From the NCBI GenBank assembly GCA_041640035.1, contig JBEQBC010000010.1, forward strand, positions 1-23,893: a DNA stretch of 23,893 bases, read 5' to 3'. The translations under genes and the position numbers were made by a program. Position 1 is the stretch's first letter. Every line of letters starts with the position of its first letter. Shown here piece by piece: positions 15,909-23,893 of this stretch. This DNA is from Candidatus Nanohaloarchaea archaeon. GTDB taxonomy: Archaea > Nanohalarchaeota > Nanosalinia > Nanosalinales > Nanosalinaceae. The notes below the pieces were generated by a model that worked only from the letters and a program-made list of their open reading frames with translations, had not been told where the DNA came from and ran no database searches.

Positions 15909-16289
15909 TTACTTGGTGGTGACCTTCACAGTGTCTCCATCCTCAAGTTCGAGCTCTCCACGCAGGTATTCTGCTGCGATTATCTCCATAACATCTTCGC
16001 CGTGATCGGTTACCTCTATATCCAGGTAGGCTGCCTTAACACCGTCAATTTCAACCGTGTAGACCTCTACCCTGCTGTACTCATCTCCCTGGAATTCAAA
16101 GGTTTCTATAACCTCCGGTTCATGGGTCTCCTTCAGTTCTTTCAGTTTCTCCTCGCTCACTTTGAGGTTCAGAGTACCTTCAAACGGATAGTAACCTGTG
16201 ATATCCTTCAATTTCTCCTGGTAGGGCTTCATTCCTATGTAGTCAGCGCCTTCACCCAGTCCTGTGAAAACTTCTCCCTCTAACTCCAT
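15909..16289 (-). CDS. ribK: CTP-dependent riboflavin kinase (archaeal type, no HTH fusion)
   Basis: GEVFTGLGEG..Y, YPFEGTLNL and EIIA...LR..L.LEDGD.V motifs. Confidence 0.92.
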   Translation of the reverse strand: MELEGEVFTGLGEGADYIGMKPYQEKLKDITGYYPFEGTLNLKVSEEKLKELKETHEPEVIETFEFQGDEYSRVEVYTVEIDGVKAAYLDIEVTDHGEDVMEIIAAEYLRGELELEDGDTVKVTTK

Positions 16290-16316
16290 AACCTGTCACT
16301 TGGTGGTACAGTGTTA

Positions 16317-17087
16317 TCAATCCAGCAGTCCATCGATGGTCTCCGTCGCATTCTCCGAGAAACTTCTGGCCCAGTAAACATCATCCGAGAACCTGATCTC
16401 TCCGGATTCCATGTACTGATCCAGGTAGGATGCGGCCATGACTGATAGCGCTGCTCCTTCTTCATGCTCGAAGACTTCTCCGTCGTCATGCTCCAGGCCA
16501 AGGTTGTGTCCTATCTCGTGTATACCTGCTACCACGGTCTTGAAGGGAGAGTAGTTGATCTCGTATCCCAGTTCTTCAAGCTCGTACTCGCCTACAAGTA
16601 CTTCCTGAAAATCTTCGTCCCTATCGATATCCAGGAAGTCGTATCCCTCTCCCAGTACTGATACAGTAGCTTCCGTCGGATTGTTCGTTCTCTCTGCAAC
16701 ACCTACCGAGTCATGATACTTCCTGTCAGTCAGCAGAAGTGATGCAGCGTTTCCATCCTCAATAGTTCTCCGCCACCGCTTTAATGTACTCTCAGCTGCT
16801 TCCTCGTCGAGGGAAGGTTCAAGTTCCGGTCTGTAGTTGACTTTGATGGAGTCGATATCTGTTGAGTCAATCAGCGGTTTCAGTGCTTCGGCTGCGAATC
16901 CTTGTAGTATCTGAGCCGGGTATCCGCGGTTATCATGGACTAGTTGAGCTCTGTCTGCGAGTTCCTCAGTCTGGTAAATATCTACTTCCAAGTCTACACT
17001 GTCTTGTTTGGTTATAGCTGTTCCGAGAACTGTGGCTGTGGATGCAGCTATGAACTGTCTTCTCGTCAAACCCTTGTTCTCAGCCAC
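16317..17087 (-). CDS. Metzincin-type zinc metallopeptidase with twin-arginine (Tat)-like N-terminal signal
   Basis: HEIGHNLGLEH with a downstream Met-turn SVM. LTRRQFIAASTATVLG lies close to GTG 17087, the probable start; the longer track ORF overlaps the divergent gene. Confidence 0.8.
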   Translation of the reverse strand: MAENKGLTRRQFIAASTATVLGTAITKQDSVDLEVDIYQTEELADRAQLVHDNRGYPAQILQGFAAEALKPLIDSTDIDSIKVNYRPELEPSLDEEAAESTLKRWRRTIEDGNAASLLLTDRKYHDSVGVAERTNNPTEATVSVLGEGYDFLDIDRDEDFQEVLVGEYELEELGYEINYSPFKTVVAGIHEIGHNLGLEHDDGEVFEHEEGAALSVMAASYLDQYMESGEIRFSDDVYWARSFSENATETIDGLLD

Positions 17088-17109
17088 GGTTATTGTTGCT
17101 ACATCTTGA

Positions 17110-17117
17110 TTATAAAA
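17110..17117. promoter_or_regulatory. Shared AT-rich/TATA element between two divergent, probably leaderless genes
   Basis: TTATAAAA lies about 23-26 nt from both GTG 17087 (minus) and ATG 17143 (plus). Confidence 0.5.
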
Positions 17118-17142
17118 ATTTTCCTGGTAACTGTATAGGTTG

Positions 17143-17985
17143 ATGGCCCGGATAAACCTGATCGGAACACAGCACCACGAACCATTAGTCGAAGAAAGAG
17201 TCGAAGACACAATTCAGAACAACGATTTCGACTCAATCTTCCTCGAAGGCGTAGATGAAGAAACATCAGAAAAGGTGCAGCAAGCCGTGGAAAAATGGAC
17301 AAAGCAGGTTTCCGAAAAGATAGACCGTCAGATACCAAGTGTTCCAGAGGAAAACGGAAGATTCAGAGAAGCCAAGGCAGCGGAAAATGTATACGAAGGC
17401 AATATAACCTACCTTGACTCAGCTAAAACAATATTTCTAAACACTAAGGACACGATCCAGAACAACCTTATCGGGATAGAAAAAGGAGAAATTTCAGGCG
17501 ACCTGGGCATGCTTCTACAGCCTGATGTAACACCGGACCAGGTCAAAGCACTGATGAGAGTGTATACACCGGATCCTGATCTACCATACGATATGATGCT
17601 GGGAACCATGGACGAAGACGAGTACCGGCACCATCTCGCAGATTCCTTCGTACAGCTGTACCGCGAAGAGTTCGAGGACCACGGACACGAGATGTCGGAT
17701 GAGCAGATCAAACTTGTCAGAAGTAATGTGCTTGAGAAAGCTCCGGAACAGGATGAAATGTTCTCAGTCATGATTCAAGAGGTCTACGATAATGAGAACG
17801 AACAGGCAAGAGAGCAGCACTGGCTGGAAGTATTCGAGGAAAACTACGATGGAGAGGAAACCGCAGTATTTGCAGGACTAGGCCACCTGGACGAAGACAA
17901 CGAGTCCTTCTACAACAAACTGGTTTCATCAGGCTATGAAGTAGACCGGTATGTTCTCAGAGACTTTACACCGATGACGGATTAA
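17143..17985 (+). CDS. Hypothetical protein, TraB/GumN/Tiki-like fold
   Basis: INLIGTQHH, DSIFLEG, REQHW and AVFAGLGHL match the order of TraB/PrgY/GumN motifs (GTxH, E, R, GxGH). Confidence 0.6.
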   Translation: MARINLIGTQHHEPLVEERVEDTIQNNDFDSIFLEGVDEETSEKVQQAVEKWTKQVSEKIDRQIPSVPEENGRFREAKAAENVYEGNITYLDSAKTIFLNTKDTIQNNLIGIEKGEISGDLGMLLQPDVTPDQVKALMRVYTPDPDLPYDMMLGTMDEDEYRHHLADSFVQLYREEFEDHGHEMSDEQIKLVRSNVLEKAPEQDEMFSVMIQEVYDNENEQAREQHWLEVFEENYDGEETAVFAGLGHLDEDNESFYNKLVSSGYEVDRYVLRDFTPMTD

Positions 17986-18072
17986 CCGCGGAACGGGAGA
18001 TCCCTCTCTGGTAATTCCTAAGCTTAAATAAAATTGAAGTAAAAACTTGGTTTCAGAGGGTCGGTAAAACAG

Positions 18073-19473
18073 GTGGAAAGCAAAAAAGGATTAGCGAACT
18101 CCGCAGCAGCTCTAGCCACCTCAACAGCCCTTGCAGCCGGTCTCATGCTTTTATCCTTCTCAGGTAACCCTTACTCGCTGGCAGGTCAGACCGCACAGCA
18201 GTCGGGAGCCAACGCAACCGGTGACAACCTGGATTTCCCGGGAAACCGGTCGCTGAACGCAAGTGATGTACCCCGTAACGCGTTAAGCAACACCAGCATA
18301 CCACAGAACCAGGACCTGGTTACAACTGTAGCGAAAAGCCTGTTCAAATTCCTTTCAGGTAAAAATATAGAACCCCCTCAGGGCCAACTACAGCCTAATA
18401 TCTCGGAAAACATGACCGGGAACCAGACGCTGCCGGAGAACATGACGGATCCGGACTCAAATACTACTGAAAACATTACAGAACCGGATAGACCGAATAT
18501 AACTGAACCTGATCCAGAGAATATCTCTGAACCGAATATAACGGAACCTCCGATAAACCAGACTCCTGATATCAACCAGACATCTCTCAATGGAACCAAG
18601 GAATCGCTCGGCTTCGCAGCCAAACTTATCAAAAGCCTGAAAGGACTGTTCAGCGGAGAACAGGACCTACCACAGAACAACCAGACACCTAGCCAGAATC
18701 AGACACAGCCGGAAAATCAGACAGAACCACCTAGTGAGCCACCTCAAGAAAACTCCACTGATCCGGAACCTCCAGAGGACAACGAGACCTCACAGACTCC
18801 GGAGGAAGGGAACAATACACAGCAGTCAGATGACAAAGATCAGCAGAAGCAGGGCCTACCTGATATCAACCTGAAGAACCTGCTACCGATTTTAGGACTG
18901 CTTGCAGCGGCAGCACTCGCACTATTATTCTACAGAAGCGACAAGGACGGAAAAGAATTCCTCAAAGCAGTGTTCAACAAGGTAAGAAACTTCGTATACA
19001 GCGTACCGGACCTGTTCAGAAGAACAATCGTAAACAGCATCTCATTCATCTACAGCAAAACAAACGCACTATACATACTAGCTGTCAGGATAGCAAAGGC
19101 GCCAGCTAAAACACTGAGATCGATCAAAAACAGGATAATACAGAAAATACAGTACTACAGAGGAAGAATGAACAGGGTAAGACAGCGATCAGTCAAACAG
19201 AACTTGGAAGTACTTCTGAAAGGTCAGCAGGAAACCTTCGAAGGACTTGACGAGGTATGGCACGAACTCAAAACCCGTTCAAAGTTGAAGGGAGAAACCA
19301 CTGTCACACCTGCCGAAGTAAGAGCTGAAGCGGTCAAGCAGAACCTGCCAGAGGAAACAGTTGATCAGGTTGTAGACGCGTTTAGACATGAAAAATACAC
19401 TGTAGAAGGCTGCCCCGATATGCTGAACATCTCCGAATGGGAAGGCGACCTCAGAGGTGACAGCGATGAGTAA
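18073..19473 (+). CDS. Membrane protein with low-complexity N-x-T/S-rich ectodomain and C-terminal DUF4129 domain
   Basis: N-terminal hydrophobic segment, NITEP/NQT repeats, TM helix LLPILGLLAAAALALLFY and C-terminal W.EL...TPAE...A....LP...V......F...KY. Confidence 0.8.
   Translation: MESKKGLANSAAALATSTALAAGLMLLSFSGNPYSLAGQTAQQSGANATGDNLDFPGNRSLNASDVPRNALSNTSIPQNQDLVTTVAKSLFKFLSGKNIEPPQGQLQPNISENMTGNQTLPENMTDPDSNTTENITEPDRPNITEPDPENISEPNITEPPINQTPDINQTSLNGTKESLGFAAKLIKSLKGLFSGEQDLPQNNQTPSQNQTQPENQTEPPSEPPQENSTDPEPPEDNETSQTPEEGNNTQQSDDKDQQKQGLPDINLKNLLPILGLLAAAALALLFYRSDKDGKEFLKAVFNKVRNFVYSVPDLFRRTIVNSISFIYSKTNALYILAVRIAKAPAKTLRSIKNRIIQKIQYYRGRMNRVRQRSVKQNLEVLLKGQQETFEGLDEVWHELKTRSKLKGETTVTPAEVRAEAVKQNLPEETVDQVVDAFRHEKYTVEGCPDMLNISEWEGDLRGDSDE
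18397..18830 (+). repeat. Coding low-complexity repeats (NITEP(D)/NQT(P/Q/E))
   Basis: Repeated aatataactgaacc / aaccagac-type units encoding ENMTD, ENITEPD, PNITEPD, NISEP, NITEP and NQTP. Boundaries approximate. Confidence 0.65.
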
Positions 19474-20020
19474 ATTCAAAGCCTTCCTCTCACTGCTAGG
19501 ATTCACCTTGGTAACCGCAGCAGTAGCCATAGCACTACAACCAGGACTGCTATCACAGGTAAACATACCACAGATCGGCCAGCTACCCGCACTCGGAATC
19601 ACCGCGTTGATCATGCTGCTCTTCGGACTCTACGGACTGAAATCCTTCCGCGTCAGCAATGTAAGCAAATCAGACCTGACTCTCCAGCTTGAACAGGAAC
19701 CGGAGATGGTGAAGGACCGTTTCGACGACCTGGCAATACAGTTCGAATGGAAAAATGAAGAAGAAGCACGGAAAATCATGAGAGATACCGTTAAACAGGT
19801 ACTAGAACAGCAGAAAAACAAAAGCACCGAAGAGGCAGATGAAATAGTGGCTGAAGGAGAATGGACCGATAACCGTGTCGCAGCAGCCTTCATCGACACA
19901 GGAATCAAATACCCGTTGCTTGAACGGCTGCGTGAATGGCTGGAAGAGGAAGGAACACTGGAAAGAAGAATCAATACCACGGTAAAAGCAGTAGAAGAAC
20001 TTCATGAGGAGGATGACTAA
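19466..20020 (+). CDS. Membrane protein of the MoxR/DUF58 cluster (DUF7269-like)
   Basis: Two N-terminal TM helices, GEWTDNRVAAAF motif and RLREWL. SD GAGGTGA precedes ATG 19466. Confidence 0.8.
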   Translation: MSKFKAFLSLLGFTLVTAAVAIALQPGLLSQVNIPQIGQLPALGITALIMLLFGLYGLKSFRVSNVSKSDLTLQLEQEPEMVKDRFDDLAIQFEWKNEEEARKIMRDTVKQVLEQQKNKSTEEADEIVAEGEWTDNRVAAAFIDTGIKYPLLERLREWLEEEGTLERRINTTVKAVEELHEEDD

Positions 20021-20022
20021 AG

Positions 20023-21312
20023 GTGAAGAAGACAAGCTACGGATCATGGAAACTCGCAGCACCACTCGCAGTAGTACTGGCATTCACAGGACTGGTCACA
20101 GGGTACATCGAGTTCTTCGTCGCCGCAGTAATACCCTCTATAATGCTGATGATGAGCTACCTCTCAAGAACACCGGAGCCCGACAGCATCAAGATAGAAC
20201 GAGTAATCGAAGATGAAGCTCCAAGTCCTGGGCAGGAAGTAGAGGTCAGACTGAAAGTCGAGAACACTGGTAACACAACATTCACGGATCTCAGAGTGGT
20301 TGACAGCGTACCTGAAGAACTCAAAGTTCAAAGCGGATCACCAAGAGCATCAATGGCAGTCTCACCAGGAAACACAGCAGAACTCAGCTACAAGGTCGTA
20401 GCACGGAGAGGAAGCCATGTATTCAAAGATGTCAAGACCGAGATACGAGGCGGCGGCAGAAACGCAATAATACAGGATATACAGGTTGAAGGAGACGAAA
20501 AAATCGAATGCAAAACTGAGTTAGAGGAAATTATTCTTCGTGATAAAACAAGCGAGCAGATAGGAGATATCGTAACAAGCCGTGGAGGAAGCGGAATAGA
20601 ATTCCACTCGCTGAGAGACTACAAAGGAAGCGACCCATTGTCAAGAGTCGAATGGAAACACCTGGCGAAAACAGGAGACCTCGCAACCAAGAACTTCCGT
20701 GAAGAACGGTCAGGAGACATTGTACTGGTCATAGACGCAAGAGAGATTTCTAACAGGAAAGCAGAGAAAGGACATCCAACAGGTACAGATCTCTCAGCTT
20801 ACGCAGCCAAGAGAGCTTACACAGCTCTGCTGAAGTCACGGCACAAACCAGGTATAGCAGTACTCGGTGTAGATAACTCCGAGATAGATGTTACAACTGA
20901 CTCCGCACTGATTCCCTACATCGAGCCGGGTAGAAGCAGAACCAAGAGGAGAAAAGTAGATCAGGTGCTGACAGAGGTGCAGAAAGCGGATAAGAAGAAT
21001 GAAGTCGATCTGAAGTCCAAGCTGTACAAGATGCTTCCACCGAACGCACAGATAGTGTTCTTCACACCACTACTTGACGACCAGTTAACCTCGGCGATAA
21101 AGGTACTTGATAGACATGGTTATCCTTCTATCGTGGTTAGTCCTGATGTGACTTATGCGGATTCACCTGCTTCACGACTGGAGAAAATCCGTAGAGATCT
21201 CAGGTTGAAACAGGTCAGAAGCTTTGCTCCGGTCGTTGATTGGGATATCAATCAGCCGATGTCCATACAGGTCTCAAAAGCGCTTAGAAGAGTTTACTCG
21301 AGGGATATGTAG
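20023..21312 (+). CDS. DUF58 domain protein (vWA-related MoxR partner) with Ig-like (DUF11/CARDB-like) domain
   Basis: N-terminal TM hairpin, PGQEVEVRLKVENTG, GSGIEFHSLRDYKGSDPLSRVEWKHLAKTG and VLVIDAR. Confidence 0.92.
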   Translation: MKKTSYGSWKLAAPLAVVLAFTGLVTGYIEFFVAAVIPSIMLMMSYLSRTPEPDSIKIERVIEDEAPSPGQEVEVRLKVENTGNTTFTDLRVVDSVPEELKVQSGSPRASMAVSPGNTAELSYKVVARRGSHVFKDVKTEIRGGGRNAIIQDIQVEGDEKIECKTELEEIILRDKTSEQIGDIVTSRGGSGIEFHSLRDYKGSDPLSRVEWKHLAKTGDLATKNFREERSGDIVLVIDAREISNRKAEKGHPTGTDLSAYAAKRAYTALLKSRHKPGIAVLGVDNSEIDVTTDSALIPYIEPGRSRTKRRKVDQVLTEVQKADKKNEVDLKSKLYKMLPPNAQIVFFTPLLDDQLTSAIKVLDRHGYPSIVVSPDVTYADSPASRLEKIRRDLRLKQVRSFAPVVDWDINQPMSIQVSKALRRVYSRDM

Positions 21313-21313
21313 A

Positions 21314-22867
21314 ATGCTAGAAGACGAACTTACAGACAGAAACTGGAATATCACAAGGATAGGAGCAGCATCAGTACTCGTCATAGCAGCAGTATTCCTA
21401 TCCTACATGTGGTCATCACTTCCATTCAAGATGCCTGTAGCGATGGCAGCCGGAGCAGGACTGGTATTTGCAGCTGCTGCGAAAGTAGGCGACCTGGATA
21501 AGTTGAAGACCTTGATGCAGCCGCTTTCAGGATTCCTAAACATGGTAGCCGGAGCATTACTCGTGGCTTCAGCCATATTCTTCCTCTCGAACTCCATCGA
21601 AATGATAATCGAAACACTTGAACAGTTCAGCGGAGACTCAATAGTAGGCCTGATCAGAAGCCTAATCCTTCCGGTAATGGGGTACATCACCGTCTTATTT
21701 GGGTCTTTCATCGCAGCAACAGGTTCAGGCATGGTTTACTGGGACCGCGTCGATGAGAGAGTACCGGTAGGGGCTGGTAGAAAGGACTTCATGTTCACAG
21801 TTATCCTCGGAGCACTGACTGCTTTCGGTATATTCGGTACTGCGGTACTGAAGCAGCTGCCCGTAGGAGAGTACATTGGAATCGCTACGGAGATTCTTTT
21901 CCAGGCGAACTCCATTGATTCGGTTGTGGCTGGAGCACTTGTATTCGCAGCTTACCGTGGTGTTAGAATGGCCTGGGCCAGCCTTCCGATCCGTGAGTCA
22001 GTTCCACGGGACAGCAGAGAAACATACGATAAGCTAAAGAAACCGGAGCTTGTGGTCCGCTGGCTAATCATACCAGTAATAGCAATACTAACGGCAGCTC
22101 AAGGCTTTGTTTCCATTAAGTATCTGCAGTACTTCGCTCCGTTGACAGCTCCATCGGTCAGAAAACTTCTTGCTGCTGCAACAGTGGTAGGTATCGCGAT
22201 CTTCGTGGCTATCAAGCTGTTGAAGATTCTGACTGGTGACCGTGAGAAGATCAAGTGGCTTATTCCTTACACCGTTTTCGGTGCGGTAGCATATATCTCC
22301 GCACCTTACTTCACAGAATCCTTGAATCAGGTAACAAGTAGATTGCCTGAGTTCGCCGCTACCAATGTTGAACCGTTTATCTCTGCGGTTGGAGCTACAC
22401 AGGCAGTGATGATCCTGATGACCGCGGCTTCCGCCTTCGCAGTTATATTGAAGATATTCATGGGAATCCTCAGAGGATTTGGAATCGTACCGAAAGGACT
22501 AGAGGGAACAACTCTCGTCGCTTCAGGTATATTCTTCTCCTCCGTCGGATTGAACCTTTACGCACCTAACCCTGTAGTCCTATTTGTAGGCGTAGGTCTT
22601 TCGATGGCTTCCTGGGAGATCGGAAAACGATCAGTAATTCTAGGTAGAGAAGTCGGTCGTTCAGGCTCTACCTACAAGGCTGAACTAGTACAGGTAGTAT
22701 CCAAGCTTGTACTTGTGTTCGTGGCTGTAGTGGCTGCTAGAACCTTCTTAATCGCTGCGAACAACTTGAACTTCACGGTTCCGGAAGGTTCCACAGGCTA
22801 CATCGTCTTCCTTCTGGCTGTTACAGGTGTAGGATTACTGGCTGCCTCGCTGAAGAACTACACTTAG
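21314..22867 (+). CDS. Polytopic membrane protein of the MoxR/DUF58 cluster
   Basis: Many hydrophobic helices and C-terminal SWEIG...LGREVGR motif. ATG 21314 directly after the DUF58 stop is the likely start. Confidence 0.8.
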   Translation: MLEDELTDRNWNITRIGAASVLVIAAVFLSYMWSSLPFKMPVAMAAGAGLVFAAAAKVGDLDKLKTLMQPLSGFLNMVAGALLVASAIFFLSNSIEMIIETLEQFSGDSIVGLIRSLILPVMGYITVLFGSFIAATGSGMVYWDRVDERVPVGAGRKDFMFTVILGALTAFGIFGTAVLKQLPVGEYIGIATEILFQANSIDSVVAGALVFAAYRGVRMAWASLPIRESVPRDSRETYDKLKKPELVVRWLIIPVIAILTAAQGFVSIKYLQYFAPLTAPSVRKLLAAATVVGIAIFVAIKLLKILTGDREKIKWLIPYTVFGAVAYISAPYFTESLNQVTSRLPEFAATNVEPFISAVGATQAVMILMTAASAFAVILKIFMGILRGFGIVPKGLEGTTLVASGIFFSSVGLNLYAPNPVVLFVGVGLSMASWEIGKRSVILGREVGRSGSTYKAELVQVVSKLVLVFVAVVAARTFLIAANNLNFTVPEGSTGYIVFLLAVTGVGLLAASLKNYT

Positions 22868-22901
22868 AAAGAGAAAAAATTAGGAGTAAATAAACTGGTT
22901 T

Positions 22902-23849
22902 TTAGACTTCGGGTACTTCGGTGTTGTCGAGGACTTGGTCGATTACCTGTTCTTTCCCTACATCATCGACTTCGGCTTCCGGTGTAAGAACAAGGCGGTG
23001 CTTGAGGACCGGCCGGGTGATGCTCTTCACATCTTCAGGTGTGACGAAGTCGCGTCCTTCGATCATGGCTTTGGCTCTGGAGGCTTCGAATAGTCGCTGG
23101 ATTCCTCTTGGTGATACTCCAACTTCCACTCTTTCATCTTCACGAGTGTTTCTTCCGATATCAACTATGTAGTCGCGGATTTTTTCGTTGGCCTCGATTC
23201 TTTCTACTGCTGCCTGTACTTCTCTGACTGTGTTTCCGTCTACTACCTGTGATGCTTCTGGCATCTGTTCGCTTCTGTCTGCTCTTCCGTCTAGGATTTT
23301 TCTTTCTCCTTCACGGTTTGGGTATCCCATTTCTGTTTTGACCATGAAACGGTCTCTCTGCGCTTCCGGTAGTGCGAATGTTCCTTCTTGTTCTACAGGG
23401 TTCTGTGTTGCGATCACGAAGAACGGTTCGGGTAACTGTCTGGTTTCGTTGTCTACTGTTACCTGTTTCTCTCCCATCGCTTCCAGTAGTGCTGCCTGGG
23501 TCTTTGGTGGTGCTCGGTTTATCTCGTCTGCTAGTACGATGTTTGAGAAGATTGGTCCTTTGTTGAATTCGAACTGTCCTGTGTCTTCGTTGTAGATGTG
23601 GCTTCCTGTGATGTCGCTTGGCAGGAGGTCTGGTGTGAACTGTATTCTGTTGAAGCTGAGTCCCATGGATTTTGCGAAGCTTCTGGCTGTCAGTGTTTTT
23701 CCGGTTCCTGGTACATCTTCTACTAGTACATGTCCTTTGGCGGTTAAGCCTGTTAGTACTGTTTTGAGGAATTCTTCGTCGGCGATTACTGCGTTGCTTA
23801 CTGAGTCAAGTATCTGAGCGGCGTTTTGAGATGCCTGAGAATTTGTCAT
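22902..23849 (-). CDS. moxR: MoxR family AAA+ ATPase
   Basis: GHVLVEDVPGTGKT, RIQFTPDLLPSDITG, LADEINRAPPKTQAALLEAM, ATQNPVEQEGTF.LPEAQRDRF and GVSPRG. Confidence 0.96.
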   Translation of the reverse strand: MTNSQASQNAAQILDSVSNAVIADEEFLKTVLTGLTAKGHVLVEDVPGTGKTLTARSFAKSMGLSFNRIQFTPDLLPSDITGSHIYNEDTGQFEFNKGPIFSNIVLADEINRAPPKTQAALLEAMGEKQVTVDNETRQLPEPFFVIATQNPVEQEGTFALPEAQRDRFMVKTEMGYPNREGERKILDGRADRSEQMPEASQVVDGNTVREVQAAVERIEANEKIRDYIVDIGRNTREDERVEVGVSPRGIQRLFEASRAKAMIEGRDFVTPEDVKSITRPVLKHRLVLTPEAEVDDVGKEQVIDQVLDNTEVPEV

Positions 23850-23893
23850 AACAGGTGTTTCTTGCCGGAGTTTAAAGAATATTTTCCTGTACC

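Noticed and set aside
17088-17210. N-terminal 41-aa extension of the metzincin ORF in the track
   Set aside because: It overlaps the divergent gene and its promoter. GTG 17087 places the Tat motif at the N-terminus.
21224-21313. N-terminal extension of the 547-aa ORF
   Set aside because: It overlaps the DUF58 gene by about 90 nt; ATG 21314 follows its stop directly.
297-23817. Numerous short antisense or alternate-frame ORFs in the track (e.g. 297-581, 8573-8908, 9307-9645, 17409-17771, 20004-20216, 23188-23595)
   Set aside because: They lie wholly or largely within well-supported genes, lack motifs, and mostly show the Ser/Phe/Leu-rich composition expected of shadows of acidic genes.

Overview
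Gene-dense window from an extremely halophilic archaeon. The proteins are strongly acidic, GC is moderate by eye, promoters are TATA-type with GGTGA/GGAGG ribosome sites, and many starts look leaderless. This fits Nanohaloarchaeota (DPANN) best, which is inference. In order it holds: the 5' end of a thioredoxin reductase; an HExxH protein; tRNA-Gly(GCC); an ACT-domain regulator divergent from a two-gene operon (class I aaRS/HUP-like protein plus a threonine-synthase-family PLP enzyme); a GH10 xylanase; a GNAT; a 7TM protein with an uncalled 40-aa Cys-rich ORF; Cdc6/Orc1; an SDR; an Mre11-like nuclease with a membrane-anchored Rad50/YhaN-like ATPase; DUF502; LUD; riboflavin synthase and kinase; a Tat-motif metzincin divergent from a TraB-like protein; and a DUF4129/DUF58/MoxR cluster. 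The most striking signal is in the leader of the HUP/PLP operon. A 37-nt-period repeat there encodes two staggered micro-ORFs that both end QGG[H/Y]ERx-stop, each stop lying exactly 17 nt after the GTG of the next (+1) frame. No CRISPR array, integrase or transposase was seen.
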